A model generated the notes under the pieces. It was not told the origin of the DNA. It did not search any database and saw only the letters and a list, made by a program, of their open reading frames with translations. This document shows, in pieces, positions 45,194-54,113 of a stretch of DNA of 64,000 nucleotides. This DNA comes from an uncultured Planctomycetota bacterium (GTDB lineage Bacteria; Planctomycetota; Planctomycetia; Isosphaerales; Isosphaeraceae). Every line of letters begins with the position of its first letter. The first letter of the stretch is position 1. The stretch spans positions 1,344,001 through 1,408,000 of the forward strand of contig CAWGMQ010000008.1 in NCBI GenBank assembly GCA_963823665.1. Reading direction: 5' to 3'. The position numbers and the translations under genes were made by a program.

Positions 45194-45405
45194 GGGCTTA
45201 TCCTCCCTGGAGACTCGGCGGTCGAGTCACGCCCTCCTGTCGTCATCGAAGTTATCGCACTTCGCCGCAAATGTCAGGGGCAGTTCTCGAAGTTTGGCGG
45301 ATTCGACCTGGGAAAGCTGGTAAACTGCGCAAACCAGGGGCGCGACAATCTTCGATTGGCGGGTTGGCCGCGTGGAGACCTGCGGTCGCTGAGGAGGGCG
45401 GGGTC

Positions 45406-45477
45406 TGGAGACCCACGCCTAACAGCCACTGGAGACCCGCGCCTAAGAGCCAATGGAAACCCGCGCCCAACAGGCAT
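45406..45477 (+). repeat. Three tandem 24-bp REP-like repeats
   Basis: TGGAGACCCACGCCTAACAGCCAC, TGGAGACCCGCGCCTAAGAGCCAA and TGGAAACCCGCGCCCAACAGGCAT, with a partial copy TGGAGACC at 45373. Confidence 0.75.
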
Positions 45478-45515
45478 TCAATCGAAGATTGGCGGGACAT
45501 CAGGGGTGTGAGGAC

Positions 45516-48369
45516 TCATGAGGACGACGACGTACCCTCGGTCGCGTCGACGTAGAACTCAGAGGACGCGAGCAGCGTCACGACGATCGAGCGGAGCTGC
45601 ACATTTTCGTGTTTCATCTGGGAGAGGTACAGCACGATCTCGGGTTGGGTCGGGTCGCGGTTGAGCACGGTGTTATAGGCCTGGGTCAGAAGAGACTGCC
45701 TGCCCAGATTGGATTGGAGCAAGGCGTCGGCAACGCGAATGCGTGACTTGCCCTCGCTCAACTGGTGCTCGGTCTGCAGGTTCGGAAACGTGGTCCCGAA
45801 GACGGAGAACAGCAAGCTCTGATAGAAGCTCGTGTAGGTGCCGCCGCTCGATTTGTAGAATAATTCCGACCCCAGAAGCGCGGCCTGCACGCTGGTGCTC
45901 GTCCGCTGGGCCGTCTTCACCACGCCCTCGACCTCGCCCTGAGTGCCGTTCATCCCCAGAATACAGGTTGAACGCGTTTTGCACGGCGACGAGTTTCGCC
46001 TCCTTGCCCTTGGAGATCTCGCTGGCAATCGAATACCGCGAGCGACCCTTGGCGAGCTGCTTGTTCCAGTAGGGGATCTCGGCGGTTGTGATGGGCCGGT
46101 CGAGCAGGATCTCGAAGAGCTGATTGAGCCAACGCTCGTTGGCTGTTCCCGTCGATACCGTCACGGCGGATGATGTGCTGCTGGCGAAGTTCGTGTCACC
46201 GGAATACTGGGCCGTTATCGAGTTGACGGTGATCGGCAGGGTCGTGGTGAAGGTCGCGTTGCCGCCTGAAAGCGTGTCCGGTGCCGATCGAATTGCCGTT
46301 ATTCAGGAATTCGACCGTGCCGGTCGGCACGCCCGCGCCCGGGCTGGTTGGAGAAACCGTTGCTGTGATCGTGACCGATTGAGTCGCCTCCGGGTTCGTA
46401 TTCGAAACCGTCACGGTCGTCGAAGTCGTCGACTGGCCGATCGTGACCGTGCCCGTCGACGTGCCGCCCGTGAAGTCGGTATCGCCCGAATAGACCATCG
46501 AAATCGTGTCGGTGCCCGCCGGCAAACTTGATGTCGTGATACTGCCCACGCCGCTGGCGAGTGTCGCTGAGCCGAGCGTTGTCGAGCCGAGCATGAACGC
46601 GACCGTTCCCGTGGGCGTTCCGGTGCCGGGGCTGACGACGACCACGTCGGCCGTGAGCGTGACCGCCTGCCCGGAAACCGGCGAGCTTGGCGTTGTAGAG
46701 AGGATCGCCGATGTCGAAGCCTGCCCAACAGTCACCGTGGTGGCTGAGCGAGGTCTGGCCCGTGAAATTGGTGTCGCCGGAGTATTGAACGGTGATCGAA
46801 TTGGCACCGAGCGCCAGGGTGCTCGTGGGGATGCTCGCGGTGCCGCAGGAAAGAGTCTCCGTTCCCAGCGTGTTGGTACCATTGAAGAACTGAACCGTTC
46901 CGGTTGGCATTCCGGCGCCGGGGCTCACCGGCAGGACGGTCGCCGTGAAAGTGACGCTCTCCCCGAAAACCGGGGTCGTGGTCGACGGAGTGAGCGTGGT
47001 GGTCGAGGCGGATTTTGCAACCGCGACCGTCACGGCGGGCGAGGTGCTGCCGGCGAAGTTCGAGTCGCCGGAATACTGGGCGGTGATCGAGTTGCTTGCC
47101 ACGGGCAGCGTGGTGACGTTCAGAGTAACGCTATCGCTGCCATTTGCGAGCACTTCCGTTCCCAGGGAAGTTGCTCCGTTGAAGAACTGAACGGAGCCGG
47201 TCGGCGGGGCGTCGATCCGGTGGGACCGGTGACGGTTGCCGTGAGCGCAACCGACTGGCCGAAGACCGGCGAAGCCGGAGTGGGCGTCACCATCGTCGTG
47301 CTCTGATCGAGCTCGGTCAAAACGACCGAGTTCGAGTTGCTGCCCGTGCCGCCGACATAGCTGATCTGGAACGGCATTCCCGAGATCAGTACGGTCGACA
47401 AGGGCGGCTTGTCCGTCGAAGGTGCCGGTGATCGTCGAGCTTCCCGTATTGTCAAGGATCGTGTAGGTCGAGCCAACGGCCGGGACGAAGTCATTACCGA
47501 GCGTCGCGCTCAAGGTGGCACCGCTCAATGCAATGGGGCCGGCCGCCTGCAACTGACTGTAGTTGCCCGTTCCGTTGCCCGGAGTGGTTCCGTCAAGCAC
47601 CACCTTGAACGTCGAATTGTTCGAGCTGGTATCGGCCTCGAGCGAAAGGGCTCCGGCATCGGTCAATATTCCCGGAGCCGGATTGCCCGGGGTGATCGTT
47701 CCACCGGTCGCCGACACCGATGCGACGGTCCCCATCCCTCCGAGTGTCGCACCCGTGCTGACTGTCACTGCACTGGCACTTTGATTACCGTCAACCAGGA
47801 GCGTTCCGGCGGTGACAGCCGTGTCACCGGTGTAGGTGTTATCTGCCGTCAAGTCGACCGTGCCGCTACCGGCGGTCGTGATCCCATCCGAGCCCGAGAT
47901 CACCCCGCCCAGCGTGAGCGACTCGCCGGAATTGTCCACGGTCACGATCGTCGCCTGCGACAGGGCGAGCGGAACGTCGAAGACGTTCGGATTTGACGTC
48001 TGCGCCGAGTCGATCGACGTGAATGAGGCGGTGCTGCCGCTGGCCGCGGAGATCGAGTATCCGCCGCCTGTGAACGACAAGGACCCAAAGGTCGCTCCGG
48101 GCCCCAGATCGTCGACATTCGTCAGTTGCATCGCGCCCGACGGGAAAGACCAGGTTCGTCCCTGCGCCGCTCGTCGGCGGAACATCCCAGTTGCCGGCCG
48201 TCGACCAGTTCGCATCGCCGCCCATACCGGTCCACGTGCTGGTCGACATCACCAGCCGCGCCTCGAGTCGCTCAAGCACAAGCCGTCTGCGCTCTGACGT
48301 CCGCGCTCCACGACGAGCGGTCCTCGATTCCGTTCGCAAACGACCAAAGCCTGACCGGCTGAACGACAT
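45516..48369 (-). CDS. Large surface protein: planctomycete leader, PATR beta-strand repeat, Big_3-type Ig repeats, DUF4214-like C-terminus; about 6 frameshifts
   Basis: RRRLVLERLEARLVMS; WTG.GGDANWS..GNW; NTYTGDT.V.AGTL.VDG; repeated PTGTV.F..G...LG...ITA.YSGD.NF; WLNQLF..LLDR...YW...L and LLASSEFY. Confidence 0.8.
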
Positions 48370-48638
48370 GACGAAAACTCCGTTTAGAGGACCACCTTCC
48401 GTGCGCACAGTGCGATCGTGACCCCCGCCATCCCAGTTCGTCAGCTCTTTCGCACTTCTCTTACGATCGACCGATATCAGCGCCGAACTGTCGCCAGAAA
48501 ACTCGCTGACTTGCCGAGAATATCCATTATTGTCATTTTAGCTGCTTTAACAGAAGTAAGGATTGATTTGGTCTGGAGCACGATGGACGATAGGATCGGC
48601 GGCCGTGTTTGAAGCCCTGACAGTCCGAGATTTCGCTC

Positions 48639-48872
48639 ATGCCGGATGATCCGCGTCCCCATCGATCGGTGAACGTTGGTGATCGGCCGATCAACCTGAC
48701 ACAGGCGCTCAAGCTGGCGGGATGTGTGCAAAGCGGAGGAGAGGCGAAGTTGCTGATTGCGGACGGGCGGGTACGGGTTAACGGCGAGGTGGAGCTGCGG
48801 AAACGGCGGAAGATGTGCGCCGGCGATCGTGTCGACGTGGAAGGCGGCGTGCACTTCGACCTCGCGACTTGA
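48639..48872 (+). CDS. RNA-binding S4-domain protein (YbcJ/YaaA-like)
   Basis: INLTQALKLAG.VQSGGEAK.LI.DG.V.VNGEVE.RKRRK...GD.V. Confidence 0.92.
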   Translation: MPDDPRPHRSVNVGDRPINLTQALKLAGCVQSGGEAKLLIADGRVRVNGEVELRKRRKMCAGDRVDVEGGVHFDLAT

Positions 48873-48879
48873 CGAGCAC

Positions 48880-49098
48880 TCAGTCTGGCTTCGCGTCTCC
48901 GGCTTTGACGCAAGGAAGCTCGGCAATCGAGGGGCAACCCGTGGGAAGCTCGGCTTCCTCGAGGATCATGTTGGGGATGTCGTCTTCGATCGAAAAGCGG
49001 GGACCGCATCGTGTGCAGATGAGGACGTCTCCCTCGCGCCGCAGTGGGGCCCTGCCCAGCGGGCAGACCAACAGCGATAACAGCGCCTCGTTTACCAT
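48880..49098 (-). CDS. Trm112-family protein (YcaR-like)
   Basis: LL.LLVCP..RAPL...LIC..C...F.IEDDIP.M. Confidence 0.88.
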   Translation of the reverse strand: MVNEALLSLLVCPLGRAPLRREGDVLICTRCGPRFSIEDDIPNMILEEAELPTGCPSIAELPCVKAGDAKPD

Positions 49099-49225
49099 GG
49101 GCCGGAGTCTCCGTGGTCGGTTGCGGTTTGAGCGGTTGTGGCGTCTATTATGCGGTGGGCGTGTGAGAGAATCAAAGGCCGCTGTTGCGCGCCCTCAGCG
49201 CGGCGGGTGTTGTCAGCTTCGCGCG

Positions 49226-49335
49226 CGAAAATGATTGCGAAGTGATTCAACGCTGCTCTCCATTTCGGAATCGGCAGCGTCCACTTCTTGGACGCTTCGT
49301 GAATTGCCAAGTAGACGAGCTTCAGCGCTGATTCC
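49226..49335 (-). pseudogene. IS256-family transposase C-terminal remnant
   Basis: ESALKLVYLAIHEASKKWTLPIPKWRAALNHFAIIF is the typical IS256 C-terminus. The rest of the gene is missing. Confidence 0.75.
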
Positions 49336-50226
49336 TGCGAGGAAAGCGCGCCCGAAACTCTTGATCGCCCGGATGCGTGGCTGTGCGAACTGACGTTGCG
49401 GGAGGCCGACATCATTCCCCGAACCCGGCAGACCGAAGGCTGACGCGCTGCGCCATCGGAAACTCTTCCGCCGCGCGAACCGATCGCGAGCGGCCTTGTC
49501 GATGCCGCGGAGCGTCGGGCACCTGCTGGCTCTTCTACCGCGGTCTCGACCGTGCTGCGCCAGGCGGCGTCAGGACGGCCGCTGCCTGCGCGGGTGTCGG
49601 ATCAAGGGTTTCTGCCGATCGAGACTAGAAAGTATGTCATGCTGCTCGATTGGACGGGCCGGGAACTCAGGCGGGACAAGCGTGGGGCAATCGCTGAAGA
49701 CTTGGCTCCCATCCTGGGCCGGCTAGGAGTGGATCGATCGAATTGGGTGCAGACGGTGCGCGACTTCGGTCGCATGTTCAAGCAAGCGGCAGGTCGAGCG
49801 AGTTCGCTTGTGAGCGCGGCACCGCGTTGCTCACGGCGCTGGTTTCAGGGCAAGGCGGCCGCGCAAGTCGCGTTTCTGTAAGTAAGCGGCTCGCTCGGTA
49901 CCGCTGGTCGCAGCGGCAGACCCGGAATTCGGTTGGATTCGAGGCCAGCCTGCGCCGTTTCCTTCCCCGGCGCGGCAAGCGACGAAGCCTGGCCGTCGAT
50001 ATCGAGCGGTTCGCAGCAACCGACGCGTGCAAACGCCGGCGACGCAGCCGAGCGCACCCGGTCGCTGACCGTGCGTGACAAAGCGCGCGCTGTGCGCGGC
50101 GTCGGCCGGGAGGTATCCAGCGCCCGCGGGACGCGAACCGATGCGAGTCAAGTGCGTGTGTCTTTCCGCGGGACCGACAGCAGAGGGTGGGTGTAGTGGT
50201 CCCTGAGGGTGGGTGTCTGGGTCCCT
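49336..50226 (+). mobile_element. 5'-truncated copy of the HUH/Y1 transposase element (C-terminal coding part to 49881, 3' non-coding region and right end)
   Basis: Aligns with about 53240-54113: SDQGFLPIETRKYVMLLDWTGRELR...AAQVAFL*. It ends in two tandem GAGGGTGGGTGT..TGGTCCCT-type 22-mers (50183-50226). Confidence 0.85.
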
Positions 50227-50896
50227 TCGCTTAACGACCGTCGTGGAAATGGCGGAGCGCTGTGGTGATGATTTTAGGGACGAACGACACTTCCCAGTTG
50301 TTCGCGTTCAGAGCGGGTAGGCACCGCACGAGCGGACCATGCCAATTCCTCGCGGACAAAGAGAACCAGATTCCGCTAAGATCTGCCGGCCTCGAGGACC
50401 CGTGCAGATGAGCACATTTTAGGCACGTGCGATTCGCCGGAGCCTCGCCAAATCGGGTTTCGTCTCTCTCGCGACGCTGGTATCCTGGCTTAAGACGTGG
50501 TCGAGAGATTCACGTGCCGAGGCGAGTCGACGCACGAATCCGGTCTGAAGAGATTGCGCGTTGTTTCGCGTCGTAGAGCGTGCTGTGGATCAGTGCAGGC
50601 AAACGGCGCGGGACAGGCCAACTGCGCCCGACGTCCAAGGAACCTTAAGCGTGCTTCGGCGATGCATGCGAAATCACACAACACGACCGTCAGCCAAAAT
50701 CAGGCGCCGGCCCTGGACGTGGTCGCCTTGCAGTGATATAGGTTGGGAAGCGGAGGCATGGCGTGGTTGGCCCCGGAGCAGTGTAGTGTGAAGCATGCCT
50801 TCCGAGACACTCGGTCAATCAGCAGGATACTGGCCTGGAGTTCGGAGCCGTCCGCTCTCGCATCGCGCACGAAAACAGACCCAAAAGAGCAGACCG

Positions 50897-51568
50897 ATGG
50901 CAATTGCGATTCTTCGAGGCTCGGCTGTTCGCAGGCGTGGCCTGCGAAACTGGAGGCTTAGCGTCCTCGACTGCCTCGTGGCAGTCGCGTGTTTCGCCGC
51001 AGGGCTCGTACTATCGAGGACCTACTATCTCGAGAAGGAGTCAAGGCGGGCGACTATGTTGCGCATCCTGTCGCCGGAATTCGTCGACGATACGGACGGC
51101 CTCCACGCGGCGACGAAATCAAATCGGCAGCTCCCGCCCGATCCGCAGAAAATCCTGAACATTACGGGCGCGGCACACGCCTCGATGCTAGTGTACGCGT
51201 GCTGTCTGCTGGTCGCGCAATTTGTCCGATGTCGAGACTCGATTTCCGACGCAGTCCGGCGCCCGGGAATGGCGAGCTGCATCACCTGCGTGACAATTCT
51301 CCTCGTCGGCGTTGTAATTCTACTCCTGAGGGTTCTTACGGTCAGGCTGCTGTTTCACCGATGGTTGTCGCCTATCGGTTGGGTCGGACTGATCGATACT
51401 CTCGAGTTGAAGGTAGGCGCGGCTACTGCGGCGATCTGGTTAATCTTGGCTGTTGGTGGGAGCATGCGGCTTAGGTGGTGCTGGCTTGAAGTGGCCGGCG
51501 TTTGCCTAGGAGTAGGATGGATACTAGAGCCGTTTGTTTGTGCAATCGTCTTCGCTGCGATCTTGTGA
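50897..51568 (+). CDS. Hypothetical polytopic membrane protein
   Basis: About five hydrophobic segments; LSVLDCLVAVA N-terminus and RRPG..SC motif; lower GC than the core genes. Confidence 0.55.
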   Translation: MAIAILRGSAVRRRGLRNWRLSVLDCLVAVACFAAGLVLSRTYYLEKESRRATMLRILSPEFVDDTDGLHAATKSNRQLPPDPQKILNITGAAHASMLVYACCLLVAQFVRCRDSISDAVRRPGMASCITCVTILLVGVVILLLRVLTVRLLFHRWLSPIGWVGLIDTLELKVGAATAAIWLILAVGGSMRLRWCWLEVAGVCLGVGWILEPFVCAIVFAAIL

Positions 51569-51619
51569 ACACGGGCGACCGGGAGGGGGAAGCGGGGAAA
51601 GCCACGGGGAGTCCGGACG

Positions 51620-51878
51620 TTGCGCCAAGGAGCTCGGAAGAGGATCATGTTAAATGTGAAATTTTTGAACGGAACCCTGCGGGCAGCCCATCCCCTCCCG
51701 GCAGAGCCCGGCCTGAAGCCGGATACGAGTCTTGCGTGGGTGAGAAGCGACCCTCACTGCGAAGTCTAGACAGCGAGATCAAAACGGTGTGCGATTGAGT
51801 GCCGAAATTCACTCTATCCTGAGTTCTAGTCCTTCTCTGACGCGGGAGGCGGTTCTTGTCCTCGGGGTCAGACCTACG
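51620..51878 (+). mobile_element. Group II intron 5' fragment A (domain I, class E/F-like), degenerate
   Basis: Starts TTGCGCC; contains GGAACCCTGCGGG..., AGCCGGATACGAGTCTTGCGTGG, CTGCGAAG.CTAGACAGCG and GTGCGATTGAG.GCCGAAA, which I recognise as group II intron domain I sequence. Confidence 0.65.
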
Positions 51879-52048
51879 GTGCGCGGTGTAAAGGTGTTGG
51901 TTCTTCAGTGGGTGCAATTCCCACCCGGCAACTGGGTCGCTCCAGCCGGTAGCTATCGGAGCGGCGGTGGAGGTAACGAAGCCGTCGGAGCCTTCGAGAC
52001 AGATGTGTCGCTTTGCCGATACAGCGAGCAGGCAGGCCGTAACGCGAG
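51879..52048 (+). mobile_element. Group II intron 5' fragment B (domain I)
   Basis: Canonical GTGCG start; GTGGGTGCAATTCCCACC hairpin; CGGCAACTGGGTCGCTCCAGCCGGTAGC.ATCGGAGC; GGAGGTAACGAAG. Confidence 0.75.
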
Positions 52049-52056
52049 GGGGCGGC

Positions 52057-52089
52057 GCCGGGTCGCCCTGGGGGATTTCTCCCCCAGGT
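52057..52089 (-). mobile_element. Isolated group II intron domain VI / 3' end (fragment C)
   Basis: The minus strand reads ACCTGGGGGAGAAATCCCCCAGGGCGACCCGGC, a DVI-like hairpin with a putative branch A and a 3' terminus. Confidence 0.55.
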
Positions 52090-52270
52090 GCCGGGTAAGG
52101 AGGTGACGTTACCGCCACCCCCTCCCCTCAGAACTGCACGTGAAAGTTTCCCTTCATGCAGCTCAAGCCTTCACGAACGCCCCTCGCAGGACGCGGCCGC
52201 TTTTGTCAGTCGTTCTTGGACATGGATCTGCCGATGATAGTTGGCATGCAACAACTCCAAGTTGTCGGCT
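52090..52270 (-). mobile_element. Group II intron 3' fragment D (CL-like): HNH endonuclease remnant, domain V, domain VI
   Basis: Peptide DNLELLHANYHRQIH...CEGRS*; 34-nt DV GAGCTGCATGAAGGGAAACTTTCACGTGCAGTTC (52131-52164); DVI GGGGAGGGGGTGGCGGTAACGTCACCTCCTTACCCGGC. Confidence 0.88.
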
Positions 52271-52352
52271 GGGATGGCAGACACCCACCGATCTCGGGAT
52301 GGCAGACACCCACCGATCTCATGTTGATGGCAGACACCCACCGATCTCATGT
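52271..52352 (+). repeat. Three tandem copies of GATGGCAGACACCCACCGATCTC (left end of the Y1 transposase element)
   Basis: Copies at 52271-52295, 52296-52320 and 52326-52348. The core AGACACCCACC is the exact reverse complement of GGTGGGTGTCT at 54097-54107 and 50208-50218. Confidence 0.9.
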
Positions 52353-52566
52353 GAAGCTGGCATCCCGGTCCAGATGCCGCCATCGGGCTCGTTCCGAAGC
52401 AACTGCGGCGGTGGCCGTCGGAACTCCTGGTTAGCTCCGAGGAGTTCGCTGTCGAGTTTTTTCTCAACACTCTTGACACCCGCGCCATGGTTGATATTTT
52501 TGTCCATTACTGATCTTGTGAATACTCTTGCTAATGTGCTGCACCTGCCTGGTGATGGAGCCTTAC

Positions 52567-53784
52567 GTGCCTGCCTCTGCCCGCCGCGACATCGTCCACG
52601 AGGAGTGCGTCGGCGTTTATCACTGCATCGCTCGGTGCGTCCGCAGAGCTTTTCTTTGCGGCACCGACACCTACTCCGGTCGTGATTACTCTCACCGTAA
52701 GGCCTGGATTCTCGATCGGCTGCGCCACCTCGCCGGACTCTTCGGCGTTGAGGTGTGCGGTTATGCCATTATGAGCAACCATCTGCATCTCGTGCTTCGC
52801 AATCGACCGGACAGTGTCGAGCAGTGGTCCGACGCTGAAGTCGCGCTGCGCTGGCGCAAGCTCTTTCCGCAACGCGACGAGGTTACCGGCGAGCCGGCGG
52901 AGCCCGATGAGAACGACTTGGCGATGCTCATGGCCGACGCCGACAGGCTGGCGATCCTGCGCGGCCGGCTGTCGAGTCTATCGTGGTTCATGAGGTGCTT
53001 GTGCGAATGGGTCGCCCGGGCGGCCAATCACGAAGAGAAGTCCGCCGGCAGATTTTGGGCCGGCCGGTTCAAATCGCAGCCGCTTCTCGATGAGGCAGCG
53101 CTTCTGGCTTGCAGCGTCTATGTCGACCTCAACCCGATACGGGCCGGAATCGCCAGTACGCCGGAGGAATCGCAATTCACGTCGGGGTGTGACCGCATTC
53201 TGAGCTTCGCCGGACCTCCGGGTGGATTCCATTCATCGCACGATGAGAGCTCGGCCGAAACTTCTGATCGCCCGGATCCCTGGCTGTGCGAACTGACGTT
53301 GCAGGAGACGGAGGTCGTTTCCAGAACGGGGCAGTCCGGAAGCTCGCCGGCTGAAGCGATAGAAACGGTTCCGCCGCGCGAACCGATCGCGAGCAACCAT
53401 GAGGATGGCGCGGGACGTTCGGCACCTGCTCGCTCTTCGGCCGCGGTCTCGGCCGTGCCGCGACAGGCGGAGTCGAAACGGCCGCTGCCTGCGCGGGCGT
53501 CGGATCAAGGGTTTCTGCCGATCGAGACCAGAAAGTACGTCATGCTGCTCGATTGGACGGGCCGAGAATTGAGGCTGGACAAGCGTGGGGCGATCCCTGA
53601 AGACCTGGCTCCGATCCTGGACCGGCTGGGAGTGGACCGATCGAATTGGGTGGACACGGTGCGTGACTTCGGTCGCATGTTCAAGCAAGCCGCAGGTCGA
53701 GCGAGCTCGCTTGTGCAAGCTGCGCCGCGTTGCTCGCGGCGCTGGCTTCAGGGGAAGGCGGCCGCGCAAGTCGCGTTTCTGTAA
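52567..53784 (+). CDS. REP-associated tyrosine transposase-like (Y1_Tnp/HUH) protein
   Basis: YHCIARCVRRAFLCG, HUH motif YAIMSNHLHLVL, LSSLSWFMR.L, GRFW.GRFKSQ.LLDE and catalytic YVDLNPIRAG; GGAG RBS before GTG 52567. Confidence 0.9.
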   Translation: MPASARRDIVHEECVGVYHCIARCVRRAFLCGTDTYSGRDYSHRKAWILDRLRHLAGLFGVEVCGYAIMSNHLHLVLRNRPDSVEQWSDAEVALRWRKLFPQRDEVTGEPAEPDENDLAMLMADADRLAILRGRLSSLSWFMRCLCEWVARAANHEEKSAGRFWAGRFKSQPLLDEAALLACSVYVDLNPIRAGIASTPEESQFTSGCDRILSFAGPPGGFHSSHDESSAETSDRPDPWLCELTLQETEVVSRTGQSGSSPAEAIETVPPREPIASNHEDGAGRSAPARSSAAVSAVPRQAESKRPLPARASDQGFLPIETRKYVMLLDWTGRELRLDKRGAIPEDLAPILDRLGVDRSNWVDTVRDFGRMFKQAAGRASSLVQAAPRCSRRWLQGKAAAQVAFL

Positions 53785-54113
53785 GTGAGTGGCTTGCTCG
53801 TTAGCGCTGGTCGTAGCGGCAGACGCTGAATTCGATTGGATTCGAGGCGGGTGAACGTCGTTCCGTTCGACCGCGCGGCGAGCGACGAAGCAACGCCGTC
53901 GATATCGAGCGGTTCGCAGCAACCGACGCGTGGAAGCGCTGGCGATTTACGCAAGCGCATACGCTCGCTGGCCGAGCGTGGTAGAGTACGTGCTGCACGC
54001 TTCGTCTGCCGCAATGCCGCGGGGCACCGAGCAATTGCGGGGTGCGAAACAATGAGAGTCACGCGAGCCTGGCTTCACAAGGAACCCGCTCAAGAGGGTG
54101 GGTGTCTCGCTTC

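Larger units (their letters stand above)
52271..54113 (+). mobile_element. HUH/Y1 (RAYT-like) transposase element with inverted 11-bp terminal motifs
   Basis: The terminal motifs flank a single transposase. The left end abuts the truncated intron HNH and the right end abuts the truncated Rhs gene. Confidence 0.7.

Noticed and set aside
50227..50890. Intergenic stretch with short ORFs
   Set aside because: I recognise no protein, RNA or repeat motif here, so I cannot support a call.
51645..52118. 157-aa minus-strand ORF
   Set aside because: It is the antisense translation of group II intron domain I fragments.
52271..52352. Possible mini-CRISPR (three 23-nt repeats)
   Set aside because: Gaps between repeats are only 2-5 nt, there are no cas genes, and the core matches the transposon end motif.
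53836..54113. Apparent N-terminus of the 1283-aa Rhs ORF
   Set aside because: It lies in the transposon's 3' non-coding region and is homologous to 49933-50220. The fusion is a chance open frame.
51620..54113. Possible retron, DGR or RT-based system
   Set aside because: There is no reverse transcriptase ORF in the window and no template/variable repeat pair differing at adenines.
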